DNA of 64,000 nt from Schmidtea polychroa (GCA_044892525.1 CM097886.1:122264001-122328000); one strand, 5' to 3'. Counted from the stretch's first letter, positions 1 to 13,579 are shown. Numbers and translations: made by a program. The notes: a model not told the origin generated them from the sequence alone.

Positions 1-394
1 CTTTTAAATTTTTATAATCGAAAATTATTTCATTTTCTTCAATATATACTTTAAAGGCAAAATGCTTATATTATCATTTATTTAACATTTAATTAATGCT
101 GCTAACAAGAAATCATCAGTTTATACTAATAGTGGATTAATTTTACATATATTTCTTATTGTCATCCTATATGGCTCCCACACTCTCCTTCCCCACTTCT
201 CATAGCTACGCTAATAGAATATATAATTGGAAATGATCTGCCAACTATCATATAAACCTAAAAATTCGAAAATTCTAATGCAAATTGATAATTATTATTC
301 AGTTCAAAGTGGTAACTAATAAGAGTCATGTAATAATAAATCAAAACAAAACAAACGATAAATTATATCTTTATTGGAGAAAAGTACGAAAACA

Positions 395-658
395 TTAAAC
401 ATTTCCTCCTACTGCTCTTCGAAAAAAGACCAATATGTACATGAGAAACGTAATTAAAATTAAGATGTCATCTAATATTCCGAGTACTCCGAATCCCGAT
501 TCGGGAATAATGTCGAGAGGCGATAAACAATAACCAATTACGATAATTGAGAGAACAGTGATCCTCAACCGATGAATAATACTGATACTGCTTCCATCAA
601 GCATATGGCGAATTCCGTGCCGTAAAATAACAGGAATATCGTAAACTTGTTCAATCCA
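395..658 (-). CDS. RNF170: RNF170 exon 4 (DUF1232-like membrane C-terminus)
   Basis: After the acceptor TTTCATTAG: WIEQVYDIPVILRHG...YCLSPLDIIPESGFGVLGILDD...stop (human [22 protein letters not shown]). The spliced product is about 240 aa. Confidence 0.9.
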   Translation of the reverse strand, partial: WIEQVYDIPVILRHGIRHMLDGSSISIIHRLRITVLSIIVIGYCLSPLDIIPESGFGVLGILDDILILITFLMYILVFFRRAVGGNV

Positions 659-2876
659 CTAATGAAATATCATGTGAAATTATGTGAATATGATTGAAAA
701 TTATAAATCTACACGTTTTAACCGGGAAGGATAGTTCTACCTGTATAACTGATTTATATTTGGGAGGTCGATATTTCCTACAAATTTTAATTTAATGGCG
801 GAAAATTAATAAAACCAAATTATTTAAATGGATGTTAATTTCGTCAAAATGGATCAAACTGCACTGACATGACGTAAGAAGGTAGAACAATCCTCCCTCG
901 TAAACAGCGTTAATATAAGAATAAAACCGAGACCTGATTATATAGATTAGTTGAGTAAAAACCCCCATTTTAAAGATAAGACCAAATTGTCCATAATGTT
1001 GCACAGTTGTCAGTTCTGGTGAGAATTTTAAAACAATAATTAAGAAACCAAAATATAAATTTGGTTGAAAAAGTAAAAATAAAGTTTCAATTAGTCTGAA
1101 GGATTCGATTTTCAGATTTTATCTAAAAAAAGGAAAATGCAATTCTTATAAAAAAATAAAAAGAACTTTTTTTCCAATTTCACCACTGATTTTTTTTTCA
1201 TTGAATTTATTAAAGAGCTTGAAGACTATAAATCAGTAATATATCGATGTTTTTGATAACTACTATCAACTCTTTTAATAATATTAATAAATAATAATAT
1301 TAATATTGAGCTAGAACTAACGAAGTAAGGAAAGTAGGTTGAGCTCTAGGATACTAAAGGAAGTACTCCACGAAGTTGAGTTAAAATCATAAGGAAAAAA
1401 CCAAATAAATACGAGTAAAAAATAAGTAATCAAAGAAAATAAATAGACATATCTAATAAAATGCAATTAATAATAAACATATATTAGCATAATCAAAAAG
1501 AATAAAAAAGCGAAAAAAATCGCTGAAATATCCGGGAAAATGGATGAGAAATCCAACATGGCGACCAAAAAAAGATGGCTGAGAAAAAAAAGTAAAAAAT
1601 TATGGAAAATAAGAAAAATCAATCACGAAGAGAAAATTTAAAAGAAATTATTGGTTAAGGAACCCCAAATGCGGGGCCAACCAACAATGATTGGCCAGAA
1701 AGCATGCACGCATATATAAGCCCGGAGCTCAAATCGAAAATCATCCAAAATCTAAATCAAAATATCTGACCATAAATTTTAAATTATTACTTTACTTATT
1801 TAAAATCAATTACTTATTTTTAAAATAATATATTAATTTACTTTATTTTACTAAATTTTAAATTAATACCTTAATGTCTCAATATCTTTTGGTTTTTCAA
1901 AATATTTTACTAAAAAGTTTAAGCATATTACTTTGCCTTAAAATATTGTCTTAATTTACTACATTTTACTTAATTTTTAATTATTACCCTATTATCTCAA
2001 TGCAGTGGCGTAGTGAGCCAAAGTGTCTCCCTTGTTCATTTTTACCTGGCTACTGTACAATATGCACTGAGCAAACTCTATCAATTAATGCAATTTTATT
2101 TAAACCTAGTGTTTTGGGACTAATAAGTAACAGACTAGTAACAAATTAAAAAGTCTAACAATATTATTTATTAATTTAACATCATATTGTTGGGTATTTA
2201 ATGTAAGTCGGTATTACTGTCTGACTCCTTTGTCTTCTTTTCAAAATAAATAAACGACCCAACACAAAATCTTTATTTAAGACCGATATAGTTACACTTT
2301 TTAATAATTCAACCACACTTGATGCAAGCCTTTTTGGCCTGCACTTTTCAATAGACTATCAATCTCACGAAGGGATAAATCTTCTAACGGAAGATGTCTT
2401 ATTCTGGTACGTTCGATTTGAATTATTTAATTGCTTTAACGTTTTCTGATCGTTCTCGCTGAACTTCTTGATTTCTTTTCCTTCCACCAACTGGCAAATT
2501 TGTTTTCTTGCCAGTCACTTTTATACCCATTTTGTAATTGATTCCTACTAGGGACCCCCATTGATTCTATTTTATTATAGTTGAACTCGTCTCATTATTT
2601 AGCATCCACCCATACCAGTTTCATCCGGAAATATTCATTTTTAAAATTTTTTGATTAATATTTTGTACTTTAAATTTTTATTGTTTTTACTAATTTTCAC
2701 CTCATTTTTGTGCCTCTCCTATTGAACCCCAACAATATCAACAATCAAGTTATCGATTTATCAACATCAAAATTTCACTTTCTTGCTTTCAATGTTGCAA
2801 AATCTGAAATGACTGTGTCAAAGTTAATATTTTTGGATAACTCCCATTAAACTGAAAGAATTTCTAAATTGAAAAG

Positions 2877-3006
2877 TCATGATTCACTTATTTTAGTTCT
2901 TAGATAAGTTTTGATCAGTTTAAGTTTAGAAAAACTTCTTTCACAGCTAGCAACGCTTATGCAAACTGTTAAAAGAATTCGGAGTGCAATGACTAAGTTA
3001 GACAAA
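2877..3006 (-). pseudogene. hAT transposase C-terminal dimerisation-domain fragment
   Basis: NLVIALRILLTVCISVASCERSFSKLKLIKTYLRT, closely similar to the C-terminus of the intact transposase at 19222-21873. Confidence 0.85.
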
Positions 3007-3951
3007 GATTTTGCCAGCTCTATTAGTTGATAATGGTGGTGCGGGAAAACATTATCTTCCCCCGCGATGGGGATGTCGACGATCTTCTTCGTGATAGACG
3101 CCTGCACATAGACTTTGTGCAATGCCTCTGACTGCTCCTTGATCAGCGCTCGCAACGCGCGGCTCTCTTCGATCAAGTCATCGCGGCATCGTTCTGCGCA
3201 AGTCAATTTCAGTCTTATCTCCTTCATTTGGGCGGGGGAGAAGTAGGTCCTCTCTAGATGATTGGATTTTTTTAGAAGACCGTTTTGCGTCTGGAGAGTT
3301 TTAATCAAGGTGTTTTTAACTTCCTAAAAATATAAATTTATATTGACTATAACTTATAAATTATAACTCTAAGTTGATTATAAAAGTATAAATTATAATC
3401 TTAACTTCATAAAAATATAAATTATAAACTTAAAGGTATAAATTATAAAATTATATTAGCCTTAAATATGAACTATAAATTATAACTCTAAGTTGATTAT
3501 AAAAGTACAAATTATAATCTTAACTTCATAAAAATATAAATTATAAACTTAAAAGTATAAATTATAAAATTATATTAGTTTTAAAATTATAAACTATAAA
3601 TTTAATTTCATAAAAATATAAATTATAAACTTATATTAGCTGTAAGAGCATAAATGATAATCTCAATTTGGTCATAAAAGTATAAAGTATAAACTACGTT
3701 AGCGATAAAAATATAATCTATGATCTCATAATAAGTTGTAAATTTTTTATCAACAACCCCCCCCCATTAACTCTATAGTCGTTAACTACCATCTAAATAT
3801 TTATCTTATATACTTATCTTATATTATATTTAAAAGATGTAAATTGTAAATTTTTATGAATGACCCCCTCCCCCTCAAATTATATATCTATCCAAATTTA
3901 CACCAAGATAGACTGCTTATATGTATGTGTATATATATGTATATATATATA
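3007..3951 (-). mobile_element. Fragment of the giant-LTR family seen at 24138-28198 (orphan ORF piece plus AT-rich upstream)
   Basis: Near-identical to about 24744-25727, ending in a (TA)n tract. Confidence 0.85.
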
Positions 3952-4891
3952 TGTTGAGGTCTCGATATTCGGGAACACTCAACTTACTGGTTCTTATATA
4001 TATAACAAAACAAATAAAGACGTATATAAAGGTTTATTGAAAGTAAAATTTACCAAATATAATCCAATTACAATTCTGAAAAAATCGATACTCGTTTGTT
4101 AAATTCTCCAACTAAAATGCGTGCAAAAGAAAGTATGTTTATTGTTATTTGTTGTATATGCGTGTTGTGTCTTCGTAAGCTTTTACTATTTGTGAATCGT
4201 TTTGTGCTGATTCAAATGATTGAATTATCCTCAGGATTTACCTTCGAATATAAAATCGTTGCGCTATTTTTGGGCGACTAAAACTAATTTTTCGTCGCTA
4301 TTTATATAAAATTTTAGGGCAGCTGTTATTTTATAAATTAATTATTATTATTTTTTATAATTTAAATAATTAGTTTTCGTTTTATTTCAAGAGGCACTTA
4401 TTAATTATTCAATTTTTTCCATACGACTATTATCTTGTTTTGAAGAACACTTATTATTTCTAGAATATTTTTTCAGCTGATTATGAATAAAATTTTCCAA
4501 CTGTTTAAAGAAATTATAAAATTTTTTGTTATATTGAATATCGAATTAAAATTAATTGTTATCAAATTAAAATTATTAAAATATTTTTCCCTTGTATATA
4601 ATTAAGATGTTAACTAATAGAATCTATTAAATACATACACCCGATAAAATATTAACATTCTACATAAATATTCAGACGGAAAATAAGATAAAATATACAT
4701 ATAAATAAGATAAAATATACATGGATTGTCACAATTGTTAATAAGATAGAATAGTCAATTATATTTACACAATTGTTGATAAGATAGAATATGCATAGTT
4801 TGCTCGACGATTTAGTCAGTTTTCAGATTGCTGGGTTGTCTTTGGGTTGAATTGATTTGCTTGAAATTGGGTTGTTTGTTGGAATATTTAT

Positions 4892-5200
4892 CTATCTGCG
4901 CTCTTCGGCGTACACATTTACTCTATATTTTTTGGGCCCTGTCCTGTAGTATTTGTCTAGGGTAAATGTAGTGATGGGCCTACCCTCATCATCTAACATT
5001 CCTCCCTGGACCGTTAAGATAATGTCCGCATTATCTCTTATACTGCGTACCAGCTCGATTTCGCTGTCTCTTATCAGCATCCTCGTTTTGTTGAACCCTT
5101 TTGCCAATGCGAGATTCAATGTGTCGCCATCATTTATACGCCTTCCAAAATGTCGGGTCAATTCCTTTTCTGTAATCTGCTCCTTCTCCTTGGGTATGAT
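4892..5200 (-). pseudogene. 5'-truncated orphan ORF (retroelement accessory gene?)
   Basis: Coding-like open frame with no ATG, joined to the repeat boundary at 5205. No recognisable domain. Confidence 0.35.
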
Positions 5201-7079
5201 AAAATTGAAATTAATTTACTTTTAAAACTAGGGTTGAGATGAGGTACCCAAAGGATACCGTCCCACCCACTAGCGATATAAATAAATAATAATAATTGCC
5301 GGTTTATTTAAATAATTGTTGATTTTTGTTTTCAAAATTAATTGAGTTTTATGAATTTAACCCGCCTTTAATACCCTTATGAAAATTTCCGTAACCCCTT
5401 TACTCTCCCCCTTAACACAGCGCTAACTAATCAAATTGATACTTTCATTTTATATTGAAAAGTGCAGATCCACAAAAATAAAATAAAATGTTGATTATAT
5501 CCATGATGAAATAAAATATTAATAATATCCATAAAATATCTGTACTATATTACTACTACTACTTTATCAATTTTGCATGCAAAGTATTTATGTCTTACTA
5601 CACAAACGTTTCTTCATAGACAATTCAAGGTCTCGTAATCTCGGATCGATTCGTAGAAGATTTGGGTATTGATCGAAATTCAATTAACACAGTGATGATG
5701 AGAATAATGAGAAAGATTGTTATAGCGAGAGTAGTTATTAATAATGTTACACACACAATTTCATTGTCAGTTTTTAATGACGATATGGTTTTCGTTATTG
5801 GTCATTGACTCATTGATGCTAGAAAAGATGATTCCGTTGGCAGAACTTGGGGTTCAGTTTGACTTAAACAGCTAAATCTGGACCATTTTAAATCAAGTTA
5901 TCTAGGTGTACATGTTTCCGTTCATGATATTCAAGTTCAATTGGTTCATCTGACTGATTATCGAGAACATTCATATCATGGATATCAATATTTTCAATCA
6001 TATCATTCGACTGATCTTGATTACTAAGCTCAGCAGAATCAGCCCGAGTTGGCAGATCATCTGGCAGAAAATCATCATTATGGGCATAATAAGATAAATC
6101 AACTGCATCGCCACGATTATCCAAATCAGATAGGCCAACAACTGTTTTAGTGTTATGAAGTCGAATAAAAAATGCCTTATAGTAGCAGAACTAGCGGCAT
6201 CTTGTGTTCGAGCTTCTTTGCGTTTCTTGTATTCATATCCACTTAGCTTTTTCCTTTTTTTGTTAAACATCGCAATAGTCTAGAATTGGAATATAAAATA
6301 ATGCTGAAAATCAAAATTAGTTTACTCTAACTTTTAATCTTAGTATAATATATAGTAAATATGGTAAGAGGAAATGAAACTTATAAATAATCACTAAAAT
6401 TTATTTTCTTTTTAAATTCTGCTTAATCAAAATGGTATTTAGATAATCACTTTTCATGAAAATTTGTATATTTAAACAAAACTTTCATTTTCAATATAAT
6501 TAATACACACATAATATGCAGTATAGTACTCTTCGATAGTATTAGTCACAGTTGACGGTTGGTGTCACTTTGTGAATTGTTAATTTAAAATAATTTGATT
6601 TTTTAAAACCGAAAATGCCGCATGGGGCGGTTCGCCTAATCTGCCCCCTCACTACGCCAGTGTCTCAATATCATTCTAAATATCTTACTAAAATTTTAAA
6701 TCTATTACTTATTACTTGTATTTTAAATATTACACTGATTTACTTTAATTTACTTTATTAATTATTACCTTCATTTATCGAATCATATCGATTCATCAAA
6801 ATCTATTACTTATTTTTTTAAATATTACACTAATTTATTTCATTTTAAATTATTGCCCTTAATTTACTTTAATTTTTAATTATTACCTCCATTTCTCAAA
6901 TGTGATGGATTCATCAAAATCCATTTCTAATTTTTAAAATATAGCCCTTTTATCATGTACAAAAATTTAGTGTGAATTTGAAAAAATAGTGTAGCCCTTT
7001 GGAGGAACTAAAAAAGTTTTTCTAAAAAGGGATGGTACACCGGATGGTCTTCTCTAGAGAGCCACTAACTACTTACTAC

Positions 7080-7415
7080 TTAAATCCTCCACATGAAGTC
7101 TCTCCGCGACTTCCACGATGTGAATTTTCTCACTTCCCACCATACTTTATTATCATTTGCCAGTACTTCTACTGTACCCTTGATCACATGCAGGTGATAT
7201 TCTTCTCTCTGTGATATCTCAACTTTGTCTGTCAATCGTAATTTCGACTTTCTCATTATCGTGAACATTTGAATCTTCATTTTTCTGTCATCGATTCTCA
7301 AATGCTTTGGGATTAGAAGATTATCATTGATCAGGTATACTTGTTGTCCGGCATGATTATTTTTCATTTTGATATAACTGTCGTAGGTCGATCTTGCCCA
7401 TTGTATTTGTTCCAT
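7080..7415 (-). CDS. Orphan 111-aa ORF (copy 1), likely retroelement accessory gene
   Basis: ATG directly after a TTTTAG acceptor (ttttag|caaaaATG). Lies downstream of the glycoprotein C-terminus of a gypsy relic. Confidence 0.4.
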   Translation of the reverse strand: MEQIQWARSTYDSYIKMKNNHAGQQVYLINDNLLIPKHLRIDDRKMKIQMFTIMRKSKLRLTDKVEISQREEYHLHVIKGTVEVLANDNKVWWEVRKFTSWKSRRDFMWRI

Positions 7416-9317
7416 TTTTGCTAAAATAGTTATAATTAAAATTTGAAATTAATTTACTTTTAAAACTAGGGTTGAGATGAGGTACCCAAAGGATACCGTC
7501 CCACCCACTAGCGATATAAATAAATAATAATAATTGCCGGTTTATTTAAATAATTGTTGATTTTTGTTTTCAAAATTAATTGAGTTTTATGAATTTAACC
7601 CGCCTTTAATACCCTTATGAAAATTTCCGTAACCCCTTTACTCTCCCCCTTAACACAGCGCTAACTAATCAAATTGATACTTTCATTTTATATTGAAAAG
7701 TGCAGATCCACAAAAATAAAATAAAATGTTGATTATATCCATGATGAAATAAAATATTAATAATATCCATAAAATATCTGTACTATATTACTACTACTAC
7801 TTTATCAATTTTGCATGCAAAGTATTTATGTCTTACTACACAAACGTTTCTTCATAGACAATTCAAGGTCTCGTAATCTCGGATCGATTCGTAGAAGATT
7901 TGGGTATTGATCGAAATTCAATTAACACAGTGATGATGAGAATAATGAGAAAGATTGTTATAGCGAGAGTAGTTATTAATAATGTTACACACACAATTTC
8001 ATTGTCAGTTTTTAATGACGATATGGTTTTCGTTATTGGTCATTGACTCATTGATGCTAGAAAAGATGATTCCGTTGGCAGAACTTGGGGTTCAGTTTGA
8101 CTTAAACAGCTAAATCTGGACCATTTTAAATCAAGTTATCTAGGTGTACATGTTTCCGTTCATGATATTCAAGTTCAATTGGTTCATCTGACTGATTATC
8201 GAGAACATTCATATCATGGATATCAATATTTTCAATCATATCATTCGACTGATCTTGATTACTAAGCTCAGCAGAATCAGCCCGAGTTGGCAGATCATCT
8301 GGCAGAAAATCATCATTATGGGCATAATAAGATAAATCAACTGCATCGCCACGATTATCCAAATCAGATAGGCCAACAACTGTTTTAGTGTTATGAAGTC
8401 GAATAAAAAATGCCTTATAGTAGCAGAACTAGCGGCATCTTGTGTTCGAGCTTCTTTGCGTTTCTTGTATTCATATCCACTTAGCTTTTTCCTTTTTTTG
8501 TTAAACATCGCAATAGTCTAGAATTGGAATATAAAATAATGCTGAAAATCAAAATTAGTTTACTCTAACTTTTAATCTTAGTATAATATATAGTAAATAT
8601 GGTAAGAGGAAATGAAACTTATAAATAATCACTAAAATTTATTTTCTTTTTAAATTCTGCTTAATCAAAATGGTATTTAGATAATCACTTTTCATGAAAA
8701 TTTGTATATTTAAACAAAACTTTCATTTTCAATATAATTAATACACACATAATATGCAGTATAGTACTCTTCGATAGTATTAGTCACAGTTGACGGTTGG
8801 TGTCACTTTGTGAATTGTTAATTTAAAATAATTTGATTTTTTAAAACCGAAAATGCCGCATGGGGCGGTTCGCCTAATCTGCCCCCTCACTACGCCAGTG
8901 TCTCAATATCATTCTAAATATCTTACTAAAATTTTAAATCTATTACTTATTACTTGTATTTTAAATATTACACTGATTTACTTTAATTTACTTTATTAAT
9001 TATTACCTTCATTTATCGAATCATATCGATTCATCAAAATCTATTACTTATTTTTTTAAATATTACACTAATTTATTTCATTTTAAATTATTGCCCTTAA
9101 TTTACTTTAATTTTTAATTATTACCTCCATTTCTCAAATGTGATGGATTCATCAAAATCCATTTCTAATTTTTAAAATATAGCCCTTTTATCATGTACAA
9201 AAATTTAGTGTGAATTTGAAAAAATAGTGTAGCCCTTTGGAGGAACTAAAAAAGTTTTTCTAAAAAGGGATGGTACACCGGATGGTCTTCTCTAGAGAGC
9301 CACTAACTACTTACTAC

Positions 9318-9653
9318 TTAAATCCTCCACATGAAGTCTCTCCGCGACTTCCACGATGTGAATTTTCTCACTTCCCACCATACTTTATTATCATTTGCCA
9401 GTACTTCTACTGTACCCTTGATCACATGCAGGTGATATTCTTCTCTCTGTGATATCTCAACTTTGTCTGTCAATCGTAATTTCGACTTTCTCATTATCGT
9501 GAACATTTGAATCTTCATTTTTCTGTCATCGATTCTCAAATGCTTTGGGATTAGAAGATTATCATTGATCAGGTATACTTGTTGTCCGGCATGATTATTT
9601 TTCATTTTGATATAACTGTCGTAGGTCGATCTTGCCCATTGTATTTGTTCCAT
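9318..9653 (-). CDS. Orphan 111-aa ORF (copy 2)
   Basis: Identical to 7080-7415. Confidence 0.4.
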   Translation of the reverse strand: MEQIQWARSTYDSYIKMKNNHAGQQVYLINDNLLIPKHLRIDDRKMKIQMFTIMRKSKLRLTDKVEISQREEYHLHVIKGTVEVLANDNKVWWEVRKFTSWKSRRDFMWRI

Positions 9654-10084
9654 TTTTGCTAAAATAGTTATAATTAAAATTTGAAATTAATTTACTTTTA
9701 AAACTAGGGTTGAGATGAGGTACCCAAAGGATACCGTCCCACCCACTAGCGATATAAATAAATAATAATAATTGCCGGTTTATTTAAATAATTGTTGATT
9801 TTTGTTTTCAAAATTAATTGAGTTTTATGAATTTAACCCGCCTTTAATACCCTTATGAAAATTTCCGTAACCCCTTTACTCTCCCCCTTAACACAGCGCT
9901 AACTAATCAAATTGATACTTTCATTTTATATTGAAAAGTGCAGATCCACAAAAATAAAATAAAATGTTGATTATATCCATGATGAAATAAAATATTAATA
10001 ATATCCATAAAATATCTGTACTATATTACTACTACTACTTTATCAATTTTGCATGCAAAGTATTTATGTCTTACTACACAAACG

Positions 10085-12740
10085 TTTCTTCATAGACAAT
10101 TCAAGGTCTCGTAATCTCGGATCGATTCGTAGAAGATTTGGGTATTGATCGAAATTCAATTAACACAGTGATGATGAGAATAATGAGAAAGATTGTTATA
10201 GCGAGAGTAGTTATTAATAATGTTACACACACAATTTCATTGTCAGTTTTTAATGACGATATGGTTTTCGTTATTGGTCATTGACTCATTGATGCTAGAA
10301 AAGATGATTCCGTTGGCAGAACTTGGGGTTCAGTTTGACTGATTTGATTTATTTCGATTTCCATACTGCAAGTTGATTGATGGAATTTGCACAATTTTAT
10401 TTTCCACTAGCGTTAATTGCCATATATTTGAAAATAGAGAACGTTTATAATATTTTATTTTGATGAACACTAATTTTAACGTCAATATTGGTGAAGTTGA
10501 CGAAAAGTTAATTTTTGAAATTTATTTTTTCATATAATATTGATTGAATCTTTCCATAATAATATAAAATAGCTCTTTGATTGGGCTCCGTTTGTCGAGT
10601 AACATTCACTGTTTGATTGAAGATATGAAAGGTAACTCGGTTGGTTTCATTAACTAATCGTATGATATGTTGACTAGAGTGGATTCTGACCCATTGATTA
10701 TTAATCTCAGTTCCATTTTCATATAGGGATTTTTCATAATAATGAATCAGAATATTATAGTTGTGATGTAATTTTAAATTGACATAATTTATAAAGGGTT
10801 TTCTGCAATTCAATGTATCTATCGCATAATTTTGAAAAACTGTTTTTACTTGTTGGGATTCTTGGGGTTTCCAATACACGTCAATCCCATTTACCAGTGG
10901 TTCAATTGATACCCGAATCTCTTTGTCCAAATATTAATGCGTATAAGATTTTGTATTTTTGTATTATTGTTTTCTGAATTCAGTTGCGTAATTAACCATG
11001 GGTATTCATAATTCATTGTTATTTGTTTAGCCACATAAATATTTTTTATTGCTGTTTAACTTTATTTGGGGTTCAAAGTAATTTATTAGATTACTTAGCT
11101 CAATTTCTTCTGATCCCTCAAAATAATAGACCCAGACTATTTGAGTAAATGTAGAGTATATATGAATTTTATCTAATAGGGTAACTGTGTTAATTGCATA
11201 CAATGGGAACACTCTCACGGCCTTCACTGATATTATATTGATAGTCATTACTGTTGTAATTAATAAAACTTTATTGATGTAACTCAATGGAGCAGGGTTT
11301 TTTGTAAATTTTTGTTTAATTACTGGGTTTCCTGCATCTTTATTTGGTTTTGATCTCAACGGATAACGTGATTCATCTTCTGCTATTATCTTTTTGCATC
11401 TATTTACATGAACGATGATTGTCCCAGCCTTTTTATTGTTTTGTGGACGCAATTTTAATTTAGTCTCTGTCGTATCGCATACTAGATATGGTCCTTACAA
11501 TTTCTTTGACAATCCTTTTGTTGGTTCTGGTTTGTTTATATAGACTATATCTCCAATTTTAATTTCATGCGCCCGTGCGCGATTATCATAGCATTCTTTT
11601 TATGCTTCTTGATGATCCCTTATTTTAAGTCCATCTTGGATCCATACTGACTGTAGTCTTTCTTGCATAAATACTTTATAATCTGATACATAGGTGACTG
11701 AAATTCCAGATCGACTGGCATATTGTTTCTATTTTCTATTAATTTTTCTTGCTTAATTTTTTATTAATTTTTCTTATATAATTTTTAATGTGTATATAGT
11801 ATATTACTTTTTTTCTAATAAAACTTTTATATTAATTTTTCTTATAATGTATAATTATTATTCATATTTCTTAACAAATTTTTATTTAGTTTTCTTTACA
11901 ATTTTTTATAAAAAAGTTGAGAGAAAAATATACCTATAGGTAATTGTTTTTATATTGAAATAAAGTGAAATATAATTTGAATATAATTTGGTAAATAATG
12001 CTAGCTATTACGTGTTTAAAATAAAAATACATATACAAAATATGTTTTCTGAACCCCCCCCCATGGATTCATCCTGCGTACGCGCCTGGAAAATGGTGAT
12101 GAGCTGTCTCTGAGTATTCCAAATTCTTTCATCGCCTTGATTTGTCGATCACTTTCGGTTTTATGGATGTATGAGATTCTGTACGGTTTTATTTTAACCG
12201 GGTTTTCATCCAGCAACGGGATTTCATGTTATATTATATTTGTTAGTTCCAAATCACATTCATGTTTCGCAAAATATCTCGAAATCTCCTCAACAATTTT
12301 GTAAATTCTTGTTTGATTAAACTATCGAATGGTTGGATCAGTTTTTTCCCTTTTCTGACAGTATCTCTTCTGATATAATTGTATGACTAGATCCCGAGTC
12401 CACCACAACTTCAACTCTGTTCTTGTTTATTTGAATTACTATTCGTAGTTTTTTGCTAATTTTCGCCAACACCATTAGCACGTAATTACAAGGTAGTCCT
12501 AGCCTGTTTATTCTTTCAATTTCTCACTTGTCGGTTCATTTCTCTCAATTTATAGACTGGATACGCTGGTAGTGGTTGGATAATTGACTTTGGTATGCAT
12601 AGTCTAGTGAACGTATCTTGATTGCTTTTATTCGAGAGTGATTCTTTTAGTAATTGATAATTTTTCAACGTATCAGTATGATTTTGTTCTTCGGAGTACA
12701 ACGGGCTGATTCCTCGATGTTCCCATTGTGGTTACATCAA
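10085..12740 (-). mobile_element. Decayed Ty3/gypsy element: PR, RT start, integrase C-terminus and an in-frame env-like membrane glycoprotein
   Basis: PR motif VVVDSGSS at about 12400; RT start ENPVKIKPYRIS at about 12200; IN GPY/F-like region (HEIKIGDIVYINKP..GPYLV..IVHVNRCK) at 11380-11580. This runs into a hydrophobic signal, an ectodomain rich in N-x-S/T sites (10508-10930) and a TM anchor (IVCVTLLITTLAITIFLIILIITVLI, about 10150-10230). Multiple stops and deletions. Confidence 0.8.
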
Positions 12741-13579
12741 CGTAACTTACCTTTCTCTTTTTCATCTGTCGCGTTTTCAAAGTTTCCAACTCTATGTTGG
12801 TGATGTGTGATAATCTGGCTAACAATGGCACAAACCCAATAATCAATTTCCACGATGAACCCGTAATATCTATGAGTTGATAACAACTGCGATATGATTA
12901 CTTTAAAATGTTTTAAACAAAGACAATGACTGACGAGGGGAATTTTAACAACGAACATGACTCAAGCGACGACTCATTTAATGACAATTTTCAAGGTCAT
13001 TGGATGACTCATTCAAGGTTATTCTTGAGGTCCCATGAGTCATTCAAGGTCATATGAGACGTGCGATGATTCATGCTAAAATATAAATTTACAGAGTTCC
13101 CGCCAATGGATTTTACTGAACCACAGCTCATTCGAAAGGTATTTCAGAGGTCAGTGTGATGGTCATACCCTTGAAGGTGTATGGCGAGTCCTGAACTTTC
13201 AAAGGGTTAAAAACCTTCGAATTTTTTTCAAAGGCCCATTTTAATTTACATTTATCATATGAGAAATTATAGGCGAAATTTTTATATAAAAAATAAGTCT
13301 AATCTTTTTCTATTTTCCATTTTGTTTTAATAATATATTGACCTTCAAACATTTTAAAATATTAAAATTTTAATTTTTTAAAATGCAAATCTGAAAATAA
13401 TAAAGTCCATGCTCATTAACACATAAAATCCATAACTTAGCTTTATAGTATAATTATTGAATAAATAATCCTGATTTTAGTGGAAACAAATTAATTAAAA
13501 TAAATGAAAGTTATAATTTAAATGAAAATTTATAATTATAATTAAATTATCGCCTATTTTTTATAACTATAATAATTAC

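Larger units (their letters stand above)
2003..8900 (-). mobile_element. Deleted and rearranged hAT DNA transposon inside RNF170 intron 3
   Basis: TIR CAGTGGCGTAGTGAG at 2003 and its inverted copy CTCACTACGCCAGTG ending at 6662, duplicated at 8900. Flanks TCTCAATG / TCTCAATA are a 7/8 match to an 8-bp TSD. Transposase N-terminus (RKKLSGYEYKKRK) at 6270/8508; C-terminal dimerisation motif at 2877-3006. Confidence 0.8.
5205..10340. repeat. Tandem duplication, 2238-bp unit x about 2.3
   Basis: Identical ORFs offset by 2238 (5888/8126, 7080/9318). Unit starts at 5205, 7443 and 9681; the third copy diverges after 10340. Confidence 0.95.

Noticed and set aside
792-1004. Extra RNF170 exon
   Set aside because: Exons 3 and 4 already join to a complete RNF170-like protein, and this ORF has no similarity.
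1300-1760. LTR-like promoter region with CCAAT and TATA (also 3952-4350)
   Set aside because: Resembles the giant-family LTR architecture, but no paired end or TSD could be defined.
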